A stretch of 64,000 bases of DNA from Paragordius varius (lineage: Eukaryota > Animalia > Nematomorpha): the NCBI GenBank assembly GCA_964247055.1, contig OZ176054.1, positions 7,750,001-7,814,000 on the forward strand, given 5' to 3'. The notes beneath the pieces were generated by a model, which worked only from the letters and a program-made list of their open reading frames with translations, was not told the origin of the DNA and searched no databases. Numbering within the stretch: the first letter of the stretch is position 1; every line of letters begins with the position of its first letter. This document shows, in pieces, positions 39,311 to 50,781 of this stretch. A program made the translations under genes and the position numbers.

Positions 39311-41077
39311 ATGGTTGATTGCTGGCAAAATTTTACTGTGATCGATGAAGTTTTTATCAACCATTATTCGTTTAGAATTTATAGATATTTATCTCCCATT
39401 CTAGTCACATTTGGATTAATTGGTAACATTCTTGGTGCCTATGTATCCCATATATCTATATATTCTTACAAAACTAGGCATAAATTATCCTTGAATACGG
39501 TTACATGTAGAAAATCCCTACCAAACTTCAATAAAAATAATTATGTACAATTGGTGCGATTGAATGAAAATGCCTGCACTTTAAATCATTCCGCCTTTAA
39601 TGCCAACCAATATTTGCTTAGATGCTTCTTCCTTACAAACCTTATCAATGTATGTTTTATGTTAATATTCCCTACTGCCCACGTTTTCGGCAACTATAAA
39701 CGCCACCTTGGCTGGCTAAGTTATGGGTGGATGTATTATTTGGCACACATCAACTTCCCAATCACGAAACCGCTGTTGGTTTTTAGCTTCCTGACTTATG
39801 TCATATTTTCGCTCAATCAAACCGTCTCTCAACTCTATCCCTTCCAATACCGCGAAAGGGTAACTTTGCATTTACTTCGGCGAATTTTGGTCTTGGCTTT
39901 ATTACAAGCAATCATATGGTATTTGCCATCATATTTATGGATGCATGTTGTACCTGTACAACTCCATAATACGTGTGATAATAAAACTAACATTACAGTT
40001 TATATCTATAACATTATGGATATAAATCCGTATTCACCCAATCGAAACCGGTTATTGGGAGAACCTATTATGATAAATAGTAACAAATCCGCGGAAACAC
40101 CATCCGATTATGAAATGAAAATTGCTGTTAGATATTACCGCATATGGATAGCTTATGATGTTATTCGAGAATTGATTGTTAAAATTTTTCCTTTCATATG
40201 CGTTATGTTGGGTAAAATCTTGGTTGTGGCTGACAAGCGTTACGTTAAAAGTTTAAAGGAATTGCGAAGTAACACTCTTTCGATCAATCTTTTTCCAGCT
40301 CGTAAAGGTGAAGCCAGAAATACTGATGTTATGTCTGTCCACAGTTTTCACAATCATAAACTATTTGCATTTAAAAATTTGGATAAATATAATTTGAGTA
40401 AAAAACTAAATTTGATTTGGTTCAATTTTTGTAAATTTATACATGGATCTCATCACAAAAGTAGTTATATGGGAAAACGGTATTCACTGCCATTCGTACC
40501 TCAAGATACCGACATCCCTTCAAAGATATTAATAAGGCGTAAATCTGTCTCAATGCCGGACATAATTGATATCCAACGTGCTTCAGAAAACTTAAAAACT
40601 TTGGTGGTTAAAGGAGATACATCAAACGAAACTTTGGAACATTCAAACATTCCTGCAAAAGTGACATTGATCTCACAAACTAGTCCCAAAAATACTTTAG
40701 AACCAACTTCACTGCTTCCTACTCTACAGAAAAATGGCACTCATTTAAAAGATAAGTTATTTAATAGTGCGAAGGCTGAGAAACGTCAACATGTCCGAAC
40801 CCTGTTTATACTTACAATTGAATTCTTGAGTTTACTCTTCCCCATAGCTATCATTCAAATGTCCCTTCAAATTAGGACACCAAAACACAAAAACCACGGA
40901 GATTTAGCACTAATATACGATATTGGAAACACGCTGGAATACATTTACATTTGTTTTTCATTCTACATAAATTTTGCATTTAACAAATCTTATCGTCACT
41001 TTGTTGGACTTAAATTACAAACACTGTGGAATAAGACAGACTATATCAAACGATTTTCCGTTCATAATGCCTATTAA
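39311..41077 (+). CDS. Intronless, divergent rhodopsin-family (peptide receptor-like) GPCR, 588 aa
   Basis: Single long ORF with seven hydrophobic segments. TM1 ILVTFGLIGN, TM4 AIIWYLP, TM5 VKIFPF, TM6 EFLSLLFP, TM7/helix 8 FYINFAFNKSYR. The overall pattern resembles FMRFamide/GPR139-142-like invertebrate orphan receptors. Ligand unknown. Confidence 0.8.
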   Translation: MVDCWQNFTVIDEVFINHYSFRIYRYLSPILVTFGLIGNILGAYVSHISIYSYKTRHKLSLNTVTCRKSLPNFNKNNYVQLVRLNENACTLNHSAFNANQYLLRCFFLTNLINVCFMLIFPTAHVFGNYKRHLGWLSYGWMYYLAHINFPITKPLLVFSFLTYVIFSLNQTVSQLYPFQYRERVTLHLLRRILVLALLQAIIWYLPSYLWMHVVPVQLHNTCDNKTNITVYIYNIMDINPYSPNRNRLLGEPIMINSNKSAETPSDYEMKIAVRYYRIWIAYDVIRELIVKIFPFICVMLGKILVVADKRYVKSLKELRSNTLSINLFPARKGEARNTDVMSVHSFHNHKLFAFKNLDKYNLSKKLNLIWFNFCKFIHGSHHKSSYMGKRYSLPFVPQDTDIPSKILIRRKSVSMPDIIDIQRASENLKTLVVKGDTSNETLEHSNIPAKVTLISQTSPKNTLEPTSLLPTLQKNGTHLKDKLFNSAKAEKRQHVRTLFILTIEFLSLLFPIAIIQMSLQIRTPKHKNHGDLALIYDIGNTLEYIYICFSFYINFAFNKSYRHFVGLKLQTLWNKTDYIKRFSVHNAY

Positions 41078-42586
41078 ATTATTTTCCAATTAATAACTAA
41101 TTTAAAACAAAATATATATTAGTCAAATAAACTTATGGCAATAAAAAGCTCCTCATATATTTATAAACAATATTGATAGATAATTATTATTGATACATAT
41201 AATTAGGCAATCACACAAATAATATATTATTCATATTACAAATAAATTTTTACTTACATATCCCAATTTCGTGGAATATTTTGTTTACTAATATAAAATG
41301 TGTATATACCAAGTCAATGTACGAATTATTTACGTTTGATAGAGCTCATTTCAAATGTAAGCTGTGTAAGGAGAAAATATTTTGACTCAAAAATCTTATT
41401 TAATTTTTCCCCTTCTTTTCACCTAACCACTGCAGGACTCATTAAGATTTATATTAACTGTATATTGTCAATTTGATGTAAGTCTATAATTTGAGAATTA
41501 CCTATAAATGTGTTCATCACGCGGTTAATGCCTAATAATAGTTTGTTATATGATAGGTTAAAAAAATTCACCCATTTACCAAACGAGAACACATAACACT
41601 GATTCCATAAAAATATTTTGTGTAAGATATTTATAAAGAAAAGGATGTAACGGCGATAATTTTAATATTTAATTTAACGGTGTATAGCAGTGGTACTCAC
41701 CTAAAAAATTTAAAAAGCCGCTAAAAACATTTTATTTTATAAATTTTTGATAAAATTTGATGGCTGTACACATTTTCAGATATTTATGATTCAAAATTAT
41801 ATAATTTAATAAATAATCCATGGCTATAAAAAAGCATTTTCAGGGCCGCTGGTAAGGTCTCGCTGGTGTATAGGCCTAAATAAATATGTGGTTACTAAAT
41901 CACAAAACTAATCCACAATATTATTTATATTCATATGAGGTTAGTATCGAAATGCAATTAAAATTTTAATCTTAGTAAAATCTTAATTAAATTTTTGTAA
42001 AATTTTTATTTTTCTATTCTTTTACCACAGAATATTTACCTTATTTTAATGTATGAAGTTATTTAGTTTTTTACGGCAAATTTATCATTATCAAAATTAC
42101 TTTAATTTTTGTTAAGCATATCTCTGAACATTATAGAAACATTAGAAAATAAGATGTTAAAATTTCCTTTATTGCTTTATCCATTTATGATAGAATACGA
42201 GGGAATATTAACTGAATATTCGGTTTTTAGAAAAAATATTATTTTTTGCTGGCAACTTCCATGTGGCTATTAACGTTGATAGCGTCAGAAATATTTTTGA
42301 TATTTTTTACAATCTTTAATGGGTAAGGAAACATTTTGCAAATAATGAAGGTAATTTAACATAATTTTTTTGAAAAAAAAGATATAATGAAACCGGAAGG
42401 TAGATGACAAATATTGATTGTATTAATTAATTAAATATGTGTACACATGCTAAAATTTTATAGTGTGTATTAAACAAACATTTAAATTTTTATAATTGCT
42501 GCGCATACAACTCTTTATTCGGTGATAGCAAAAAATTCCCGCTCACCTTTATGTTTTAAATGAACCGCATTTATTAAATAGATATA

Positions 42587-42605
42587 CCATTTGCACTTCA
42601 AGAAC
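42587..42605. repeat. Solo terminus of CCATTT family C
   Basis: TATA|CCATTTGCACTTCAAGA, identical to the termini at 18397 and 46216. Confidence 0.55.
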
Positions 42606-42786
42606 ATTTGGTAACATAAATTATGGGATAAACCGAAAAACCATTGAGTAAAAGTGTACATTGTTTTTTTCAATACTGCATTCCTTTATTTGCGTTTAGT
42701 TTGATAGTATAGATAAAAAGCCCTATATGGTGTGATTCATTTCAAAATAAAATCGGTTTCGCAACGGAAAACGAATAGATATTTAC

Positions 42787-43052
42787 CAGAGGCGTAGCTT
42801 GCATTTCTGGAGCCCGATGTATGAATCCATGAGGGCGCCCCCTTCCCCTCTATGCAACCCCTGGCATTTCAAAAAAAATATTTATATTTAAACCGTGGTC
42901 ATGACCACATAAAAATCGGTGATTTTTCATGTATTATTTAAAAAATTGACTTTTACATACCTATTTTTTGAAATAAAATTAAAAAGTATTAAAATCCGGC
43001 GCCCCTTTAACTATGGCGCCCGGTCTCCCCCCCCCCTTTGGCTGCGCCTCTA
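42787..43052. mobile_element. hAT-type MITE, family 1, copy 2
   Basis: CAGAGGCGTAGC ... GCTGCGCCTCTA. Flanks atatttac / acatttac (7/8). Collinear with 265-505. Confidence 0.8.
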
Positions 43053-44162
43053 ACATTTACGTTTATAACTGCACAGCGATTGATAATGATCTCTAAGTTT
43101 TGGACATGTCTTTAAAACAAATTCATTACCTTTTCTAAGCGATTGCATTTTGGGGTAGTTTTTCCCAGAGCCTGAACTTGTAAAGAAACTAATGTTTTGA
43201 AGGGTTGTAATTTAATTATAAAACATTGTTCTCATTTATGAGATCACAGTGGTAAACGAAAAATTCTCTGAATAGACAAAAAAAATTTTTTGCCTCAAGG
43301 GCCATAAACATGAATATTTCAGAGCTGTTTGACAACATAGATATTAACACTTCCTTACCTTAAGGGTGTTTTATAACCGATTACAATTTATCTTAAAAAG
43401 TATTTAAGGTATAGAGCTAAAATTAAAAATATACTTTATTTAGCTTTTTAGGAGCATGATTCATTTTTTTTAAAAAATGTGAATTGTAATAAAATATTCA
43501 TATCTTTTTGCCGCCATTTTTTTCTTTGATTTTAAATCGCTAATGTAACAGGCAAATAAATGTATATTATGGTTAAAACTTGTAAATAATTAATTTAGGA
43601 ATCTAATTGCATTATACCTGCAATCGTTATTAATCAATTTAAAAAAGGGCGTTTGAGACCTTATAACGGCAATCCGCACTAACTTTGGAAATTCAAAATG
43701 CAACACTTTTAATATCCTTACATTAGAAATCGAAACTAAAACAGTTTTTCTCGATATGAGGTCTAAACCCCCATTTTTTATAAACCGACCAAAAAATAAA
43801 TAGAAACTCTGGTTATAATGTTAATTACACAGTGCTCACAAAAAATATCTTGATTAAATATCCATATTCCCTCATGGAAAAATATTTGGATTATCATAGT
43901 GTTTTTGCTTTTTACTTATAAGAGTAATATAAGAAAGTAATAATCACTTTTGTGGAAACTGCTTTATTTTTGGATAGGGCAAAAATTGTTCAATTATAAA
44001 TAAATATTTTGATAAAATCCGAATGCGTCATTACAAAAAACCGAAATATTAAATTAACTACATACAAAAAACAAAATATTATTTTCACATAATAGTAATT
44101 TTTGAATGTGGGATCCATTTGTACAAAATTTTTTGACTTTCTGAAAAAGATAGTTCTCTTAA

Positions 44163-44743
44163 CACTTCGATTCAAATTGGGGTATCTAAATACCCCAGAC
44201 TAAATTAAAATTATTTTAAAAAAACTACTGAAGGAAACGGTCCCAATTCAAATTTATGCTTCTATCCTAATAAATATATAAATATGCCAAAATATCTTGA
44301 TAAAATTTTGTTTAAAAAAAAAAGTTCCATCTCAAACTACTTCGACGCCATTTTTATTTTACAACAATTTTGCAAAATATCATCTTCATTTAATTTTAAG
44401 GGTAAAACTAAAGCTTATTTTTTTATAAATTACATTCAACATTAATAGAAATAGAAAAAGAAAAAGCGGTTTATTTTGTATTATTTTTTAATTTTAAAAT
44501 TTGACACATGTCACGATGACTAAATTTTTACCTTTCAGTTTTAGCTAAAAATAAGTAATATCAAGTATTTTTGAATAAAAATTTTTATGTATTTCGGTTT
44601 ATTTATGTTATATAAGTGCAAAATTTTGCCATGGTTTCGATTGCTTCCATACTTTTTAAAGTATTTGATTTTAAACAAGTCTGGGGTATCCAACTACCCC
44701 AATTTGAATCGAAGGAATAAAATGAGTGTCTTGTATCCAAGTG
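44163..44743 (+). mobile_element. piggyBac-like MITE, copy 3
   Basis: TTAA at 44159-44162 and 44744-44747; collinear with copies 1 and 2. Confidence 0.85.
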
Positions 44744-45699
44744 TTAAATCAAAGCAAAACAGCTGAGATTGTGCGATAAAATAAACATATGCTTTTGACA
44801 TTATAAATTTTTTTACGAAAAATGGATATTTTGTTAGAATTTATAACAAAATTTTGGTGGGTGAAAAATTTTACCTATCAAACTCTTTTTAAGATATTGG
44901 ACTTCCAAATTTAAACATTTCCAAAATTTTCTCGTTTTTAAATATTTTTCTCTAATTTATAAAAGACAAACCATTTATCTAAAAGTAAAAAATTAAATAA
45001 GAAGATCCAATACCTTGCGGGCAAAAAACCCTTAAAATTGGGTAAGTTAACATTTTGTGACACAAATATTTTTTTATCATCATATTATAGTAATTTTATG
45101 TTTTTGGATGTTCATAATGTTTGTTTAAATATAAATATCATTGTGTATAAGCTTTGTTGACTTTTATTTTATAAATAAATTTAATTTTTACCTTTTTTGC
45201 TGTTTTTTATTTAACAAAAGATAAAATTTACTCAGCTGGAAATACTAGATTCTTTATTTCATCTGATATTTTTGAATTTTGCCCATATATCTGTTCAGCC
45301 TAAAAATATAAAAAATATAATCTTAACATAATTTTTTCAAATTTAAGATGTCCGACGGGTAAAAATATGGTATCTCACACCAAATCTAAGAGGATGAATT
45401 CTTAGTACGGTGGTGTCGTTTTTGGACCCCGTATTCGAACGCGGTAGAAATAAAAAAAGCTTTTATATATGTTTTCTTAGTTTCATGATTCTCATAAAAT
45501 CAACAATATATCGATTTAAATTAAAGCTAAACGTTTTATTTAAATGCCAGGGACCTTCAAGAAAAATGATATATTCTATCGTAAAATTTTAATCAAATGG
45601 ACTGATAGAGTTCTAATTTTAAACTGATAAAAGGAAATTAAACCAGCTAATACACTCCACAAAATAATAGATTTCATATGGGTTAGGTAGGTCATATTT

Positions 45700-45900
45700 T
45701 AAGCAGTGACCCTTTCGGTTTATCGATATTATTGGGAATGGTTGACGGTAAAGGACCTCGTGTTCGACCTCCAAAATGTTACCATGACCAAGGACCTAAT
45801 CGCAACAATTATAAAATCACTGTTGACGTCAGCTAATAGATTAGCTTTAAAAAATCTGTTTGTACCATGGTCGCATAGGACTGCGCAGAATAAATAAATA
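45700..45900 (+). pseudogene. Possible 3' fragment of an RTE-type LINE reverse transcriptase
   Basis: Frame ILLGMVDGKGPRVRPPKCYHD and downstream RTAQNK resemble the RTE C-terminal GKxEGxRxRGRP..W.D and AQDR motifs. Short and degenerate. Confidence 0.4.
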
Positions 45901-46172
45901 TATAGAATATGCCATATCTATTATAAATCAGTTTTATACAACATATACCATCAATAAATATTTCGATCCTTTAATTATTATACTAAGCCTTTTCATGTTC
46001 TTTAATATAAAAAAATAAGAATCAATTTATAGAATTATACGGCTACTAATGCTTCAGTAAATTAGAGGGAATATTTTAGGGTAGAATTCGCTTAAGAGAT
46101 CTAAAGACACCGATATTTATCATGATTAAGGTAAGTGCAATACATAAACATATAAAATAAATATTTCATTTA

Positions 46173-46186
<14 letters not shown>

Positions 46187-46214
<28 letters not shown>
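46187..46214. repeat. (TA)n microsatellite abutting a CCATTT element
   Basis: TA run immediately 5' of the element at 46216. Confidence 0.9.
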
Positions 46215-46215
<1 letters not shown>

Positions 46216-46788
46216 CCATTTGCACTTCAAGAGTGTCCTTGAACACTTCAAGTTGGTCCTTGAAAGCTTCAAGTTAGTCCGTGAACACTTCAAGTTGGTC
46301 CTTAAAATTTTTAAATTTTGATTCCATAATTTTTATATGAATTTTTTTAATTATTTTTTAACCTAATTTTTAATTACTATATATTTATTCAAAAATAAAT
46401 ATTTTTTTTCAAAAACCAGTTTTTTATTTCAAACTATTTTTTTTACAATTTAACAAAATTATTAACTTTAAATATAAATGAAATATTAGTTATAATAACC
46501 CAGAAAACTTATATATATTTTAATTAGGTGTAAATAACTTTTATATATCCAAAATAATTTTAATTAATTAAGATATACGGTTTCTCAATGATTAAAAATT
46601 ATATTGATATAAAATTTATGGTAAATAATGGGCTAAAAACGATAAAATAGATTAATATTTACGATTTTATTGATTTTAAAACAAAACAAAAAAGAAGGGC
46701 CAACTTGAAGTGTTCAAGGACTAACTTCAACTAGAAATGTTCAAGGACAAACTTGAAGTTTTAAAGGACACTCTTGAAGTGCGAATGG
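46216..46788. mobile_element. CCATTT-ended foldback MITE, family C, copy 2
   Basis: CCATTTGCACTTCAAGAGTGTCC ... GGACACTCTTGAAGTGCGAATGG|TATA. 21-bp unit CCTTGAACACTTCAAGTTGGT on both arms. Confidence 0.85.
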
Positions 46789-46889
46789 TATATATCACAA
46801 ATTAAATTTTTATTATATCGGTATTTTTTTCAAAGATTATTAATGATTGATGTCCCATTTCGTTTTGATCTGTAATGGCGTCTTTAAAA

Positions 46890-47215
46890 TTCTAAATCAT
46901 TATCCATCATATCAAATAAATCGAAAGGAATGGTTGGAGAAGACGGTACAGGAAGATCAGGGGAAGGAGGAACCGGACAAATTGCGCAAGAAAAGTTTGG
47001 ATATTTGATATGTTTTTTGTTTTTTTGGTAATGTTAATTTGAGAAGGTTTTGGAATTCCACAAAAGTAACTTTCAAATTTTGGCTCACGCCATATCAAAG
47101 GGATACCCCAAGAATGGTCCGGTTTTGTGGTGCCATGCTCCTAAACTAAAGTTACATGTGCAACATACGGTGTTTGCTTAACTCTTATCTAGGTCCCCCA
47201 AGAAAAAAGTTTAAA
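46890..47215 (-). pseudogene. Decayed N-terminal fragment of a DNA-transposon transposase (probably Chapaev3/CMC type)
   Basis: Joined across a stop and frameshifts: LGDLDKS*ANTVCCTC..GIPLIWREPKFESYFC..YPNFSCAICPVPPSPDLPVP. This matches the recalled transposase motif series GDQDKxWAPHxCC / PMxWREP..CYFC / YPxxxSAIRPVPH. Superfamily name is from memory. Confidence 0.6.
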
Positions 47216-47868
47216 AATATAATTTTTAAGTAAATCGTAATGCTACTATTAGTTTTTCGTGTATTGTCCACATATAGGGCTAACAATCGGCCATGAATTC
47301 TAGATTTATAAATAAACTTACACTGGTTTTTATTTGAACCGTTTTTTAGTAGTTTTTGAAAAATATCAACTTAAGACATGGATACAAAGGCATTCATTTC
47401 AGTTCAATTTAAATGTGGTAGTTGGTTAACCCGACTTGTTTATATAATACAAATATTTCAAAAAATATGGAATAAATTAAATCATGGCAAACGTTTGCAT
47501 TTATATAAAATTAAGGAGCCGAAAAAAATTCATTAAAAATACTAGATATTATTTATTCAGTAATAAAACCAAAAGGTAAAAATTTAACCAAGATGACATG
47601 TGAGCATAAGCAAAAAAATTATGCAAAATATAAAACTTTTCTGTATATATCAATGAATGTGATTTTAATAATTTAGGATTAGAATCAAATAAACATGATA
47701 TTTTGCAAAAATATTGTAAAATAAAAATGGCATAGTTTGATGCTAAACTTTTTTTTTTCAAAACCAATTATCTAATTTTGACCTATTCATATTATTTTTA
47801 TTAGGAGAGAAGCAATTTAAATTGGAACCTTTTCTTCAGTAGTTTATTAAAAATATCAATTTAATATT

Positions 47869-47906
47869 GTCTGGGGTATTTAGATACCCCAATTCGAATC
47901 GAAGTG
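47869..47906 (-). repeat. Solo left end of the piggyBac-like MITE
   Basis: GTCTGGGGTATTTAGATACCCCAATTCGAATCGAAGTG is the reverse complement of the family's left end (one mismatch). Confidence 0.7.
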
Positions 47907-49872
47907 TAGAATATTGTCTTACATACCCCAAATTGAAAAAGTTTAATTCTATATAATCTTACTTTATATTATATTGTATTATATACATAAACATTTACTA
48001 TTAAATTTAAATTATGATTATAATTTTGATAATTTTTAAATATACATATGTTTTTTCTTTTATGTTATAAACCTTATGTTTGGCAAAATCGGATTCCTTA
48101 AAATTTCTTGATTATTCTTTTTAGTGATTAAATTTAATTTTACGGATATTATTGTTTAGTTCTTTAATGTTTTTTTTATATGGCACATTGTAAGTTTTCG
48201 ATCTCTTTATATTTACTAACCATATAGTTTTTTTTCTGTAATTATTTTGTAACTGATGATTGATGGGACAAGGTTGTTCTTTATAAGTTTATTTGCATAA
48301 TTAAATTCAAGAAGTTTAACCAATATTTATAATTAATCTTTAATTATGTTATATATTTACGCTGTATAATTACAAGCAACTTATAATTATTTAGCACAAA
48401 ATATATTCAGTTTGAAACAAACTAGGTTCGTTATTAATCATTTTTTTATTCAGGTAATCCGCAAAAAACAAGAAAATTATTTTGTGAACGATTAATTTTT
48501 TTGTGATTAACATCCCTCATTACTCTAAGTAAATAATCCGTTGATTCAAATTTATATACCAAAATATCATTAAATGTTTGTTTTCCATATACCTTAATTA
48601 ATTCCCACCTTCTATGGATAATACTATTCCTTCAAATATTCTCGACAAAGCAATTGGTAATATATATTATAGTTATTTTCTCTTCATAATGAGTTATTTG
48701 ATATTTGAAAAAATCATTCCCCATAAACTAAGCTTAAGCTGGATGATTATGCAATTCACATATTATCTCTGTTTTTTAACTGGTATAAGTTGTTTATGCC
48801 CTTTGTTACCTGAATTTTAATTTCTGAAATAAAAGCATTTAGAAACCTATTTTTTGGTAAAAATGGTTGGTTTAATTGCGGATATGAGCCGCCTTTTATT
48901 TAATTAATTTTTATTCTTTTATATTTATATAACAATAATTTAATTATCAGTCAATTGATGTTGATTATTAGCGAAAAAAAATTATTATTAAATTATAAGA
49001 ATTTAGGTATACAGTTGCAGAAATGATATGTTCTGTGCCCCATATTTCACAAACAAATTTTAAGTTATTCTTTTTCCCGCTATATCGATGTTATAAATTA
49101 TGAAAAAGAGAGTTTAGAGAAAAATATAAATTATCAGTCTAGTGATTGCTGTTTTATATTAGTTGGGTGCCCTAAATATGAAATCAGATAAAGATTTATA
49201 TAGTAAAAGTCACACTTTGTCATGGTATTTTGAACTTAATACTTACACATAATGAGCATGGGAAAGGGGATTTCATATTGAAATGCATATTATGGATAAA
49301 CTGTTTCTATAACCCTTAAGTTAGGATTATATTTAAATATGTGAAATAATTCTGTGGTAAACACATTCATGTTAAATTAAAAACAGAGTTTGCCTACTGA
49401 AATATTTAAAAGATTTAGATTTATCTACAAATATCTAATATTTTTAATTGAATCATAATATTTTTGACTCATTTTGCGTTAAAAAGATAAATTTTAATAA
49501 CCTTATTTGGTCTGTGTGTAATCAATTTCATTCGTATATTAAACGGTCTATTAACAATGTTTAAGATTTAAGAATAATTACCAACAAAATTTTAATGTAA
49601 ATAATATTTTTTTTCTGGTTTAAATTCATGCATCTGCCTCTCTATCCACACATTGTCATTCTCATTTTGCATAATATTTCACAATTAAAATTATTGTAAT
49701 ATTTTTATCTTAGATGTTCTATTTGCATGCCTAACTATCTGCTGCGTTTAGTTATTAGTTATTATAATTAAAATTTGCTATTTTTCATTATTTTTATTGA
49801 TGGCGTGTTATTGTTATAACTACAGGGGGACTCTTAATTTCTTTTGGAATTATCTACGTAAATTTTATTAAA

Positions 49873-50413
49873 CACTTGGATGCAACACATTGATTTCAGT
49901 CTTTCGGTTCAAATTGGGGTAGTCGGATACCCCAGACCTGTATATAATTTAAAAAATATGAGTGAATTGAAATATGGCAAAAGTTTGCCCTTATATAACA
50001 TTAATGAATCAAAATATATAATAAAATTCATTTAAAAATACTATTACTTATTTTAAGGTATAAATCAAAAGAAAATATTTAGTCAACCTGACATTTGTGC
50101 ATTAGCTAAGTATTAAATTACAAAATAAACCACTTTTTCTGTTTCTATCAATATTAGATGTAATTTAAATAAAAATTTTGCTTTATTTTATTTTTCAAAT
50201 TAAATAAATCCGATTTTTTGCAAAAATTTCCTGAAATAAAAATGGCGTTCAAGTAGTTTGATGTGGAAATTCTTAAAATAATTCGGCTTATTTATATAGT
50301 TTTTATTAGGATAGAAGCATAAATTTAAATTGGGATTGTTTTTTTCAGTAGTTTTTTAAAATCAACTTAAATATAGTTTGGGGTATTTATATACCCTAAT
50401 TTGAATCAAAGTT
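49873..50413 (-). mobile_element. piggyBac-like MITE, copy 4 (inverted, more diverged)
   Basis: Begins CACTTGGATGCAAC (family right end, reverse-complemented) and ends TTGAATCAAAGTT|TTAA. Confidence 0.75.
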
Positions 50414-50781
50414 TTAAATAAGCATATTATGTTTAAGTCTAGTTTCCTATATTTAGCAATTTGATAGGTTTTAGCATAAGCGCTATTCTGTTTGCTCTTT
50501 GCTAATTTATAAAAAAACATCTAATGTTTTGATTTCCTAATCTCAGAAATTACATCATTTATACGTGTCCTTACCTAATTATTTTAGGATTTATCAATTT
50601 TATCCGCATATTGGATTTTGGTTTGCAATTAAAGGGTATTGTAAAATGACATATAGTGAAAAAATTTATTTATTGCCCAATACATATTTTTTCTATAACC
50701 GATTCAATTATTAATTACTATAAATATATTTTTTAAACAAATCTGTGCTTAGTTTTTCTTTTTTAATATTTTAGTGTCTCT

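Noticed and set aside
48614-49750. Candidate upstream CLIP exons (MDNTIPSNILDKAIG; YTVAEMICSVPH; CSICMPNYLL) and a faint likeness of QQNAQIYANEIL to CLIP3/4
   Set aside because: The splice phases do not chain consistently and no ankyrin repeats are seen. The C-terminus is of CLIP-170 type.
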